DNA of 64,000 bases, taken from contig NW_024704742.1 of NCBI RefSeq assembly GCF_018977255.1, forward strand, positions 65,350,001 to 65,414,000. The letters are read 5' to 3'. Positions 13,501 to 26,423 of the stretch are shown in pieces (the stretch's first letter is position 1; every line of letters starts with the position of its first letter). Source of the stretch: Callorhinchus milii (Eukaryota). The notes beneath the pieces were generated by a model that did no database searches, was not told where the DNA came from, and saw nothing but the letters and a program-made list of their open reading frames with translations. A program made the position numbers and the translations under genes.

Positions 13501-14749
13501 TTGCAGCTATTCTTAATCATAGAAGTAAAAAAAGACAGAGTCCACAAGAGGGTGTAATATATTGTTGGCGAACATGCCAGTCAATTTTATGCATAGGAAT
13601 ATCCCACAATAGGTCATGAAGTGAATGAGCAATTTTATATTGGGGATTGTTGGCCAGGACACCATGAAAGAAACTCTTTTATCACTTCGATTAGTGCCAT
13701 GGGATCTTTAAAGGTTGTTAATCGATTGACGGATCGCTTTTCCGGGGTAATAATCGCTCAAAAAAAATCTTAAATAATGGTCACTCAATCCATGACTGTT
13801 TGTGGGACACTGCTGTGCGCAATTGGCTGCCACGTTCGCTTGCAAAATACAGTCAATTCACTTTACAGTATATTCCGTGAAGCGCTTTCAGATGTCTCAA
13901 AGATATGATAAGGTGCAATATCAAATACAAGGATTATTATTAATGTCCAGCTGAACAGGCAGACAGGACCTCGCTTTATTGCGATGGTGGCCAACCAGTA
14001 TTTTGTTGGCCGATCATAAAAGTTGGCCACCCCTGGTTTAATGTTTCAACCAAAGGATGGTAGCTCCAACAATGTAGCCCCCCACCCCTTCCCAGCACTG
14101 CACTGGAGTGTCAGCCAAATGTGTGGTCACAGCCTATGCAAGGTCAAAGTGGCAATGTGGTTTTAAACCCATAACCTGCTGAATCAGAGGCAGGAGAGCT
14201 ACCAACCGAGCCAGGCTGACATCTGGTCATGGATGCAATGGAGTCTTGTACCACTATTTTGTATGAGTACTTCTTCACTTAGACAATAAAACATCCGATG
14301 ATACTATTCAAAAAGAGAAGGGAGTTTCTCCTTGTCTCCTTAAGGTGTTTGTCCACAGAAACAGTTGCTACACTTGACAATTACTGGAAAGAGCTTTGAG
14401 ACATTTCAATAATGATCAGGCGCTATAAAAGTCACTTTTGCTTAATAATAATTCTTGCATTTGATATAGTGCCTTATTTCATCAAAATATCTCAAAGCGG
14501 TTCATGGAGGTTTTCTAAAATGGGGTAGTGATTCTGTATTCTGTGTTAGCAAACATGTCCACCTGAACTGACAGATAGACAGGACCTCTAGGGTGTCCAA
14601 AATGATGAAGCTCCATATTCTCATTGGGCTGGTGGCATTCACCTGATGAGCTAAATAATGCACTGAACAGAATTAGTTGCGATCAGCGATATAACCTCAA
14701 AAGGAATTGTTCCCGAGAATGATGGCCACAATTCTTCAGGGCAATGCAG

Positions 14750-14948
14750 AGTTGTTACGATCTGGAATGCATTGCCTGAAAGGGTGGTGGAAGCAGATTC
14801 GATAGTAGGTTTCAAAAGGAATTGGATGGGTACTTGAAAAGTAAGAGCAGGGGAGTGGAGCTGGTTGGATAGTTCTTTCAAAGAGCCATCACAGGCACAA
14901 GAGGCCGAATGGCCTCCTTCTTTGCTGTAAGATTCTATGATTCTAAGA
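14750..14948 (+). mobile_element. CR1 LINE 3' end
   Basis: VVTIWNALPERVVEADSIVGFKR; ggccgaatggcctccttc...attctatgattcta tail. Confidence 0.88.
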
Positions 14949-17607
14949 TAGTGCAGGTAGTTAGTGGTGGTTGTCTATTCCTCCTCATGTTTGTACATTT
15001 ACTCATACCATGAGGCACACGTGCTGCTTAGCACAATTTAACTCTCGTGTTGAATGTACTCAAACTTCTGCCAAATCTGCATTCTCCCTCTCCCTCCTCG
15101 AGAGACAAACCTTTTTTTCAGTGGTTGGATTTCTGGGTTCTGAGACGGACGCCAACTCTTCAATTTGAATTTAGTTAGAAACAACAAATGATGTTTGTAT
15201 AACACCATTCATGTCGGGAGGACATCCCAAGGCGCTGGACAGTCAAGGATTTGGACCCATGAAGGAAGTGAACAGCCTGAGTTATAAAAGTCCATCACTT
15301 TGAGTCCCTTCTGCTACGGTAAACGGGAATAGCGGTGTCATTGATAGATAGGATTATTACAGTAAAGAATGGCATCTAGTGGTAGAGATGAGGTATTTCA
15401 GAGTAAATGCTACGACTCAAGTCTTTTGATTCCAGTCACATTTTCCTGAACGATACACATATTCCTGAATAGTCTTTATTTTCTACCTCAAGTGACTACT
15501 CTGGTCATTCGTATCATTGTCTATTGTCAGACTGAAGTGACTAATGTATAGAGATAACGACATGTGCAAGAGCATCCTTTGTAAATCGCCAGAACAGCCT
15601 AATGTGGTATTTCCAGGAAACAGGACCGCAAGGCACTGTTGTTATGCTATGCACTGTCAGGATGTGCTGTATAATCAATCTGTTTATGTGTTAATCATAT
15701 GATATTATGACTTTCACCGAGTCTCTCTAATCTCCCCACAATCTTTATCCAGACTTTAATTCTCATGTTGAACGTACTGAAACTTCCGTCAAATCTGCCC
15801 TCCCCCTCCCGGAGATAGACACATTCTAATAATTAAATAACTTGCCAAAATGATCTTTGTTGCTTGCTTGTTTCTTAATTGCTTTCCTTTATTGTTCGCA
15901 CTCATTAACTAATTTAAATGGCCTACAAAGCAGAGCAAAATGGCAATTTTGAGCTGTAGATAATAGAAATTCTGATCTGATCACATTTCTTGGCAAACCA
16001 GGCTGCAATTTATCAGGGTTTAAGTCAGCAATGAGAATGCTGTGGAAAACTAGGCAGAGGGCATTCTGCGGGTCCTAGAGCCTGTCAAACCAACTCCTTA
16101 GTTCTGTGCTTTATGCCTGGTGATAGAAAAACATCATTGCAAACTAGTAGTAATAATAATAATCCTTGCATTTAATATAGCGCCTTAATCACGCCTTCAA
16201 GACATCTCAAAGCACTTCACAGAATATACTGCAAAATGAATTGACTGTATATTTGGTGGGCGAAACACGACAGCCAATTGCTCACAGCAGTATCGCACAA
16301 ACAGCCGTGGATTGAATGCTCTAACCACTGAGCTACAGGACCTATACAGCTTCTTTCACATCAGGAGTTCCAAGGCACTGAAACTGTAAGATTCCTTTGC
16401 CTTGTCCAGCTCGGACCATCCTACCCACTAGGGCTTTGTCTTGCAGGGTTCACAGGAGCTAAGCAGGAAGAATCCCTGGCCTAGGAACCAGTCTAGCCCT
16501 CAAAATCCTGCTGATGAAGCAGGCTGGCTGGTCTGTCATCAGCAGTGCCTTTGGAGTACTGTGGACTATCTGGCCAGATGAAACGGTAAGCTTCCTTTGC
16601 CTTGTCCAGCTAGGATCTGGACTACCAAGGTTGGCATAACTCCAATCTCAATGCTATATCAAATGCAAGGATTATTATTATTAAATCTAAATTTATATAT
16701 AGCCTCCCAGCTACTAACAAGCTCAAGCGACAATACTCACTGTCTTTCTTTCTATTCCTTCTCTTCCCACCCACCCCCACCACCCAAGTTCAAGTTCAAC
16801 AATGTTTGTTTTTTAAATACAGTGTTCAAAATAATAATAATAATCATTGCATTTGGTATAGCGCCTTATCACATCCTTGAGATGGCTCAAAGGTCTTCAC
16901 AGAATATATTGTAAAGTGGATTGACTATATATTGTGGGTAAAATGCAGCAGCCAATTGTGCATGGCTAAAGATCGAATTGTAACACTTAGATCAAAGGAA
17001 GAAAAAGAAGGTAGAGACCACGAACATGACTAATTTTCTGTTTTGATCTCGAAGACGTGATAAGGCGCTATATCAAATGCAAGGATTATTATTATTTTTA
17101 AGGAGAAGACTAACAGGCCATCAAGGAATTTGTAGGGTGAGTGCGAGTGGATCAGGAACAATCAAAATAGGTCCAGTTTCCACGTTCAGAAACTTGCAGG
17201 GTTGAAAAGTTCAGTGGCATCGCAGCAAATATGGCTAAAAAAGAAACCAGCTGATCAATTAAAAAAAAGCCCACAGGAAGCGCCATTTGCTTGCCTCCTA
17301 TTTTCTCATTAGTACAACGTCGTTAGTTGGAGATCGCAGATAAAACGAAACACTCTAATTTACAATGTGCAAGTTTCCTAAGGATTATTATTATTAAATC
17401 TAAATTTATATATAGCCTCCCAAACAAGTTCAAGTTTAAGTAACCATGTGGTCTCACTGCTTTTCCTTTCTATTACCTCTCTTCCCAGTCCAAGTTCAAC
17501 TTTATCCCCCATCATGGAATTTAGAAGAACTTTAAAGGAAAAGCACTAATCAGTACACGGAGCATTTCCTCTGGTAGCGAGTCCTCAGCAGTAGCTCATT
17601 GTTTAAA

Positions 17608-17958
17608 CCTTGTATTTGATATAGCGTCTTATCATGTTGTTTGAGACGTCTCAAAGCGCTTCACAGGATATATTGTGCAGTGGATTTTGTGGGTGAAACG
17701 TGGCAACCGATTGTGCACAACAGTGTCTCACAAAGAGTTGTGGATTCAGTGACCAAATTATTATTATTTTTTGGAGGGATTATTTCCTCCTGAAAGTGAT
17801 CCGCCAATCGACTAACAACCGGGTTCCTACTTACTGCTGGATAATCAAAGGCTTGTGGAGTAAGAAAATTTGCCTAAGGTTTCACCTTGCCCTGGAATCC
17901 AACCCAGGTCTTCTCGCCAGTGAGGCAAGTGCTCTAACCACTACACTACAGGACTCTA
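17608..17958 (-). mobile_element. tRNA-derived SINE, long variant
   Basis: Same head and tail plus the extra cagcagtaagtaggaacccggttgttagtcgattggcggatc segment. Confidence 0.88.
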
Positions 17959-18145
17959 CAACTCCATTGTTGAGGGAATTTTCGCACACGATTAAAGGAA
18001 TGGATGTTTTCCCATGAAATAAGCTGAGTTCTCTCCGATGTTCTTGAGCAGGAAATTGGCCGAGGCATAGGAAAGTTGAGCTGATGCTGAGCAATGGTTG
18101 AAAGGGGGAAATGAGTTAACCCTGAGACCTCTGGTGTCCTCCACT

Positions 18146-18548
18146 GAGCCTGGCTCAGTTCGTAGCTCTCTTTCGGCTCAGCAGGTTGTGGGTTAAAGCC
18201 CCACGTCAGGACTTTGAACAGTCTTGGCTGACACAATGCATCATTGAGGGAACCGTGATGTGCCATCCTTTGGACAACATGTTAAATCAAGGTTCCATCT
18301 TGTTCTGGTGGATGTTAAAGGTCCCATGACACTATTTGAAAGAGAAGGGAGTTTCTCCTGATATCCTGGCCAACAATTCCCTAGATAAAATTGATCATTC
18401 ATGTCATGGGACATTGGTGTGTGCAAATTAGCTACCAGGTTCACCTACAAATGCTCAGTCAGTACACTTCACAATAAACACTTGTGAAGCTCTTTGAGAC
18501 ATCACATGGCCATGATGAGGTGCCATATCAAATGCAAGGATTATATTA
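18146..18548 (+). mobile_element. Older Deu-domain SINE (SacSINE1/AmnSINE1-like)
   Basis: ggctcagttcgtagc head; ggatgttaaaggtcccatgacactatttgaaagagaagggagtttctcctgatatcctggccaac matches the recalled Deu domain; L2-like tail. Confidence 0.75.
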
Positions 18549-18918
18549 TGGTACCACTTGGTCTGGCTTTTCGTTGTGTAAGATATTATTATTATTATCT
18601 AATACACTCGCTTTGAGCTAAATTTTGCAGTAGAGTTTAGGATGAAACAATCTATTAATCTCTTAAGGACTTTGAGAGATGTCCCCGACGTGAAAAGCTC
18701 TATATAAATATAATTTTGCTGTTGTTGTCCTTGGCTCATCCCCCAAGCAAACACAATCTATGTATATATTACCATGGGCTGCAGTATGTAATGGATTCAT
18801 TTAGCCCCAGATCTTTAGGTCAATTAATGATAACAGGATTATTTTAATATGTGATGTTTTATTTGAAAAACTCATTCAAATAAAAAAAGATGAAATTAGG
18901 ACAAGGTCCAACAAGTCC

Positions 18919-19440
18919 AGAATTCCACCTAGTCTTAGTCTTTAAAGACCATTTTATCTTAAAATTTGTAGGTGTAAAATTCTTAAGTTGGTCTTAATTA
19001 GAAACAACAACAAGATTCCATTTATAAAGCGCCTTTCACGTCAGGAGGACGTCCCAAGGCGCTGCGAAAGTCGGATTCTTTTAGGAAAATGGCTCCCGAA
19101 TTTAAGAATTTTGCCATAATTCTCTGCATTAAAGATCCCAAAGAAAGAGATCGAAAAGAGAAGGGAGTTTCTTCCTCCTGGTGTCCTAGCTAACAAACCC
19201 CCAAATAAAATTGGTCACTCACACAATGGCTCTTTGTGAGGACTTTGCTATTCGCAAATTGGCTGTAGTGTTTGCCTACAAAACACAGTCACTGCAGTTT
19301 ACAGTAAACTCTACGAAGGGCTTTGGGATATCCTCCCGATGTGAAAGAAGTTATACTAAATATAAGGATTACTATAACAATTATTATCTTAATGTTAAGA
19401 CAAAATGGCCTTATAGACTAAGACCCAATGGCATTTCGGG
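18919..19440. mobile_element. MITE-like element with ~50-bp imperfect TIRs enclosing SINE fragments
   Basis: ccagaattccacctagtcttagtctttaaagaccattttatcttaa versus the reverse complement of ttaagacaaaatggccttatagactaagacccaatggcatttcggg; related ends at ~12800, 33240, 34955. Confidence 0.6.
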
Positions 19441-19807
19441 CATTACATATTTTGTACCTGACTGAATCGTTGACTTTGGTTTGGTTATTTTCTCTGCTTT
19501 ACCCATTTTTCATTTTCTGTTTCTTATGTTCTTTCTGTTTGTCTTTATTTTAAAAAAATGTACTTTTCCCGCATAACTTTTTATTCTTTCTCTTCACGGT
19601 CACTAGCAGAGATTTCCCTGTTCAGTGATGGCCTGTTGAGATTATTTTTTTTGGAGGGATTACGTGCGACCTCTAATTCGCCCTCTGATGTTTTTTTCCT
19701 CTCCTCCACCCAGCATTCATTCAGCTCCTATAATAACAATAATCCTTGCATTTGATATTGTGCCTTATCGCCTCAAAGCACTTCACAGGATATTAGGCAT
19801 CCCTGAA

Positions 19808-20162
19808 CGTAGATTAGAGCACTCAACTCGCAAGTGGAGGACCTGGCTTCAATTCCAAGGTGGGGCGAAACCTTATGTTTCCTTACTCCACATGCCTCTG
19901 TTTACCGAGCAGTAGTAGGAATCTGGTTGTTGGTCGATTGGCAGATCGCTTTCTGGGGGTAATAATCTCTCCAAAAAATACTAACAATAATTTGGTCACT
20001 CAATCCACGACTGTTTGTGGGACACCGCTGTGTGCAATTGGTTGCTGGATTTTGTCCACAAATATACAGTCAATTAACTTTACAATATATTCTGTAAAGC
20101 ACTTTGAGACATTTCAATGATGTGATAAGGTGCAATATCAAATGCAAGGATTATTATTATTA
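19808..20162 (+). mobile_element. tRNA-derived SINE, long variant
   Basis: Degenerate head, long-variant middle segment, (TTA)n tail; a second copy follows at ~20530-20845. Confidence 0.87.
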
Positions 20163-21935
20163 ATACTGTAAAGTGCTCCGAGATGCTAACCTGGTAAAGG
20201 ATGCTATATAAATGCAAGTTGTTGTCATAAAGTGATCTGACTGTATGTATTTTGTGGACTAGAACTTTAAGGGACACAGCTAAGCAGGAACTGGATGTGG
20301 GCAGTGATCGTATCACTCCATTCCTGTACCACTCTGGAGTGCCAGGTGCAACTTTCTTTGAAATAAATATCTTATTTTTCAACTTCCTGCCACCTTTTAA
20401 GTTTGAAAGAACTACTGTGAACAATCTGGCTTTCAAACTTTATCGTCCAGGATATGCAGTGTGTGCATGTGTGTGTGGAGTGGGGTGGGGGGTTGCTGCA
20501 GTACTTGTAGTACTCCAATACCATACATTAACCATAAGCGCACTGACCTCACAAGCAAGAGACCTGGGTTTGATTCCTGGGCAGGGCGTAACCTTTGGCA
20601 AGTTTTCTTACTCCACCAGCCCCTGTTAACCTAGCAGTAAGTAGGAACCCGGGTGTTAGTCGTTTGGCGGATCACTTTCCGGGAATAATAATCCTGCAAA
20701 AATAAAATATATATATTGTTTCTTAATCCACGTTGTTACTGCCACGTTTCACCCACAAAAATACAGTCAATTCACTTTACAGTATATTCTGTGAAGCGCT
20801 TTGAGATACCCCGATGACTTGATAAATGGAAGGATTATTATTAGTAGTCTTTATTGGTATTTTGTAGATTTAATCGCCCAGCTCTGTGTTGTATGTGGTT
20901 TCTACATCATTGCCTACAGGTGGATTTGGGTTCCACAACCAGGCAAGGTATTTAACGTCGAAGTTTATTACTGCATCATGTTCTGGCAAGAATCCATTTG
21001 AAAGCATTTTTTTTAATTGTGCTGATCGCCACAGAAACCCTGGGAAACCACAGCACAGGAATTAGTGCAATGTCTGGCTGCTTGACAAATGGAGCTGAAC
21101 GAGCTGCCACTCCGGACACAACAGGGTTAATTCACACCACTATACAGTAAAATCCAGTGAAGCACTTTGAGACGCCTCGATGACGTGATAAGGCGCTATA
21201 TCATATAATAATTATGATCCTTGCATTTTGATATAGCACCTTATCATGTCTTCAAGACGTCTCAAAGCGATTCGCAGAATAAACTGTAAAGTGAATTGAC
21301 TGTGTATTTTGTAGGCGAAACTCGACAGACAATTGTGTCCCACAAACAGTTGTGAATTGAGTGACCAAATTATTCAGTTGATCCGACAATCGACTAACAA
21401 CCGGGTTCCTACTTGCTGCTAGTAGGAGCAAGGCTGTTAAAAAATAGAACGTGTTCCCATTTCAATCAGTCAACATCAAGGACTCCTAGTCAGACACAGC
21501 CCGTGAGCTGCAGAGTAAAGCTCTTGCTGATCTGTCCCCCACCCAACCATGTAGCTGAGTTCTAGGCTCAGGAAGAGTGCCCCCTCCCACAACTAAGGTT
21601 TCCCATTTCCCTCATCGACCATCCCTGTGGCCTTTCAATGCAATTGTTAAGCTGATGCCATTTAAAGACACCTTCAGAACCTATCCTACCGTTTTCCTAT
21701 TACAGTGTTGAATTGCTTCTTAAATGAGTCCAGTATCCTGATCTCTACCACTTACTGGTCAACAATCCTCCAAATACAAATGGTCACTCACTGTTTATGG
21801 GCCATGTGTGCAAATGGCTATCATTTACATCTACAAAAATACACAGCCACTACACTTTACAATAAATGCTATGAAGCGCTTTAAGACTTCTTGACGACAT
21901 GATAAGGTGCTATACCAAATGCAAGTATTATTATC

Positions 21936-22065
21936 AAAAGGCAAAATATTGTAGATGCTGGAAATCTGAAAAACAGAAGTCACTGGGAACACTCAGCAGT
22001 CAGGCAGTATCTGCGGAGAGAGGAAAGTGAGTTAATGTTTCAGGTCGATAACCTCTCGTCAGAAC
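21936..22065 (-). mobile_element. Penelope-like element terminal fragment with hammerhead core
   Basis: gatgctggaaatctgaaaaacagaag...ctcagcagtcaggcagtatctgcggagag...tttcaggtcgataacctctcgtcagaac; homologous to 56694-56822; Penelope assignment from recall. Confidence 0.7.
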
Positions 22066-24754
22066 GGCAAGTATTATTATAATTATTATCATCCTGTTCC
22101 GCTCATTAATTACCCACTATGTAAAGAAATACCTCTTGGTGTCTGCTCTTCACAACTCTGAACCTGTAACTTCTTCGGTTTCCTTGGTGTACCTGAAAAT
22201 ATTGTTCTGGCTTTACTTCCCCAATTACATTTAGCATTCCATATAGCTCCCTGAAGCCCTCCACAGATCGATTATTTTCAAGGCTGAAGAGTTGTTTTTT
22301 ATTTAGTTAATATTACTAATAATAATCCTTGCATTTGATACAGTGCCTTATCATATCGTTGAGACATCTCAAAGCGCTTCACAGAATATACTGTAAAGTA
22401 GATTGACTGTATATTTTGTGGGTGAAACAACAGCAGCCAACTGTGCACAGCAATGTTGTCCCTTGTTCCTCCTACTACCATTGGGGATAATCCACATTGT
22501 TCTCTGTCTCTAGTAGTTGGTTAGCTCATTAATCTTGGTTCCTTTCAAAGCCCAGGTCCTAGAGGTAAAGGTTACCCAGGCACTACCCCGCCCACCCCAC
22601 TCCCCCACCCAGTTTCACACCTCTGTTCTTCATCTGAATGGCTTTCCGTAGCATTGCACGGTCGAAACTGCAAGTAATGTATTTCAGTAAAAACTGCAGA
22701 TAAGTAACTTGTGCGCCTGCTGGATGAATTTTGATATCTAATTGTTTGACTTTCTGGCTCGGAAACCAAAACTTTCCGACAAGTAAGCGCTTGACCTTGG
22801 GCTTCATGAACAAAATGTATTTCCAAGAGGTGGTGTCGTATCCTCTTTACTTCACACTAACCGGCAGTGTAGCCGCGACTAATATAGTTCATGCTTTTCA
22901 TTTCCTTTCATAAAACATGGTTGCTCCTCGCACCACTGATGTTGCAATTCCTGATGACTAATGTCCTGTCAGCTCTTCTCAGTCGGTAGTGTCATTGGCA
23001 GCACAGGAAAGCTGGTCCCTATGTGCTCAGAGTGCTTCTCTCCCTCCTGCGGTTCCACCACACATGTGGGCTCCTTACTCGCAGACCTGCACCACAAAGC
23101 CGAGGGTGACAATAGCATTGGAACTCCAAACCTGTGGGAACTGGAAGTTCCCTGGATTGTGTTACAATCGGCACAGTGTCTTTCTCGCTTTGGTTTTGTT
23201 TTCTGAATAAAATCGACTGTAAGTTTTATCAGTATTTCACAAAAGGATTTCAAGGAGATTTTTTTGGAAAATAAATGCGTGGTCTGAAGGTTGAAATGCA
23301 AGGATTATTGTTATTATTTCACTGGATGAGATTTCTTTTGGTCATTGATTTACGTAGCTATTTATTTCAGAAAAAACAATTAACTTAATTTGTAATTGTT
23401 TACAGCTTCCATGCTAACGTGAAACACCTTTTACACAGGCTCCAAAGGCTGTTAAGGGCATCTTCTGTTTACTTCTGCTTTTGTCGGATTCCCCCTGTAT
23501 GGAGACTGCTGACTAATCTCATTAGCTGACTTGCAAAAGACAAAGGCAGCCCAATGTTCAAAGAACACACAAATCTTGATAAGCACACAGGCTAGTTTGC
23601 CAAGAAATGCTTGAGTGGAAGTTTTCCCTGGGACTAGATTTATTCTATTAACATGGAGTCAGTAGTGTTTTGGGTAGAAATAAAAATAATACTCGTTTGG
23701 TCACTCAATCCACGACTGTTTGTGGGACACTGCTGTGCGCAATTGTCTGTTGCGGTTCGCCCACATAATATACAGTCGGTTCACTTTACAGTATATTCTG
23801 TGAAGCGCTTTGAGACGTCTCAACAATGTGATAAGGTACAATATCAACTGCAGGAATTATTATTATTAATTTGAATTGAAACACCTTTGTACCCCCCACT
23901 CAGGGTAGCATTTCAGAACACTTAGGTAATACAGTATTTCTTTACATTGAGGTAGTAGAAGAAGTTATCAAGAAAGACATCTCAATTACGTGATGAGGCG
24001 TAATGTCAAATGCAAGGATTATTATTTCAGAACATCTAGAATCTGTCAATTCTCAAATGCACTGATCATTTTTATAGCCAGTGTTCTGTAAGTTCTTTCA
24101 AGAATTAAAGAACTGAATGTTACAAAATGCAATGTTAATGGAGTAATCCTAGATCCAGGTGAAATCTTACCACAACTTTGTTTGGATTAAGACTTCAGTT
24201 GACTGTCTTTTTCTCCCTATATGAAATAGGTTTGGACAGCCTCAACCAAGGTTTGAATGGACATATGCCAATAGAACATAAATCCCCTTAATTTGGTATT
24301 AAAATTCTCAATCTGACTCAGAGGTGCTACAAAGTTATGAAGTGGAGAATGGAAAGTGTCACATAAGTGCAGGAGCAGATGGGGCCAAGACAAGTGGATG
24401 GGAAATAATAACGAGTTATTTACTTTGAATATAAACCATGCTGTAATGGTGTGTACATGGCATTGACTACCCAAGAAGGTGGTGGTTGACAGTAGCCTAT
24501 TCCATATCCCCCACTAACTACTCCACCGTCAGTAGGGGCGATGAGAGTCAGCCACTCTCCAGGATACAATTTCCAGGTACCTCCGACCTACTTCCACCCT
24601 CCCACCCCTCTTTCAAGTAACACCTCAAAGCATACCTCTTTGACTGGTCTTTCGACCATCTTTTTCCTCCTCACACACCCCTCCTCCATCTCACACCCTC
24701 AGCAGCCCAGAATTATCAAGCGCTGTGAAACATCCTCCTGACATGAAAGGCGGT

Positions 24755-25245
24755 TTATAAGTATAAATCATATTGTAAATTGTGTTGTATTTAATCAACT
24801 CCACTGGCTTCCCATCACACAGAGGATATAGTTCAAGATCCTGGTCCTCACTTTCAAAGCCCTCCATGGTCTTGCTCGCCACTACCTCTGCAACCTCCTA
24901 ATCCCTTGCCAAATTGCCCACTCCCTTTGCTCAGCGGGTTCCAGCCTGCATGTCCCCCGCCTCGCTCACCCCACCATTGGCGGGCGGGCCTTCAGCCACT
25001 CTGCCCCCACCCTCTGGAACTCCATCCCACATTCCCTCTGCCTCACCCCCTCCCTTACCTCCTTCAAGACCCATCTCAAGAACCTCCTCTTCGACTATGC
25101 TTTTGATCTTCCTGCTTCCCCACTGCCCTCCACCCTCCCCGATCCCGACCCCCCGCTCAGGTCCAAAACTCTTGTTTGTCCAGTGCCTTTGGACGTCCTC
25201 CCAACATGAAAGGCGCTGTACAAATGTAATTTTGTCGTTGTCGTT
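24755..25245 (+). mobile_element. L2 LINE 3' fragment
   Basis: ctccactggcttcccatc...ttcaagatcctggtcctcactttcaaagccctccatggtcttg (LHWLP..FKILVLTFKALHGL) and tail aggcgctgtacaaatgtaattttgtcgttg; similar pieces at ~8020, 25545, 42770, 43290, 44160, 63380. Confidence 0.85.
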
Positions 25246-26408
25246 GTATTTTGTCTGCAAATACAGGAGGGAATTAGATAGATAGCTGACGAAGAAAATA
25301 ATTGAGTGGGGAAAGATAGAATAATGTAGGATCACTGAGGGGATTTTGACTGGCAAGATGGATCACACTAATCTTTTTTGGTCCTGCGTACTCCTACATT
25401 CCAATGTTACAATGTACCTGACAGGGGAACGCTTGACGCTGACACTTGAGTAACAAATATATGAACACATTCAATTTCAAGTTAAGACATCATCCCTTAA
25501 CTTGTTGAACCAGCCAAGAAATGCTGTACACTGTGTACACTGTCCAGCACCTTGGGACGTCCTCCCGACATGAAAGGCGCTATACAAATGTAACCTTGTT
25601 GTTGTTGTTGATGGAGGCACGAGAGGGTGCGAGACGAAGGGACTGTGTGAAGGAGTTCCAAAGAGTGGGGGCAGAAAGGCAGAAGGACCGACCGCAGATG
25701 GGGTTTGGGGTGGGGTCGGGAGGGGGTCACAGAGCAGTGAAGTTTTGGTCTTAGAAAGCTTAAACAGTATCAAGCTGTTCCTTAAATTAGACCAGTGGAA
25801 TGGCCTCAACTACTCTTCCTAGTAACTTGTTTCAGCTATCTTCCCTGTTTGTAAAAAAAGTTCTTCCTGGTGCTTCACAGGATTCAATGTAACGTGTAGT
25901 GACTGCATATTTTGTAGGCAAACGTGCCATTCAACATGCACACAGCAACATCACACAACCAGTGAAGTGAATGATCAATTTTATCTGTTGGTTTGTTGGC
26001 CAGAATTCCCTTCTCGTTTCAAATAGTGGTCACGGGATCATAATACTGCAGTGGGAGGATGGAAGGATGAGATCATATGGGCCAAAGTTTCCTTAATTTA
26101 TCTTGTGATCTTTAACCTCCATCTGAACAGGCAGACAGAACTGCAGTTTAACATCTCATCAGGACTAACTATATTTGAATTGCATGTACTTAGCAAAAGG
26201 CAGATGAACACTTGCATGAGGTTTCCACGTAACCTATAATTGTTGGAGATATGAACAGAGAATGCAAGTGTACAGATTTCTAATGTTCCCAATTTAAAGC
26301 ATTCTACCATGTGCAGTGCCAGTCAGCCCTGTAAGCCAGTCAGTCCTGTAAAACACTTCCTGTCATTTTGAGCAAAGCTGCCGTTCTTTTATCTATTGTC
26401 TATGAGGG

Positions 26409-26423
26409 CTGCCATCTGTTGGG
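26409..26423 (-). promoter_or_regulatory. Candidate CTCF site
   Basis: ctgccatctgttggg = CCCAACAGATGGCAG on the - strand, close to the CTCF core CCASYAGRKGGCR. Confidence 0.45.

Noticed and set aside
14643..14650. Other CTGATGA motifs (5886, 14643, 16511, 39247, 51242)
   Set aside because: No stem II followed by GAAA, so not hammerheads
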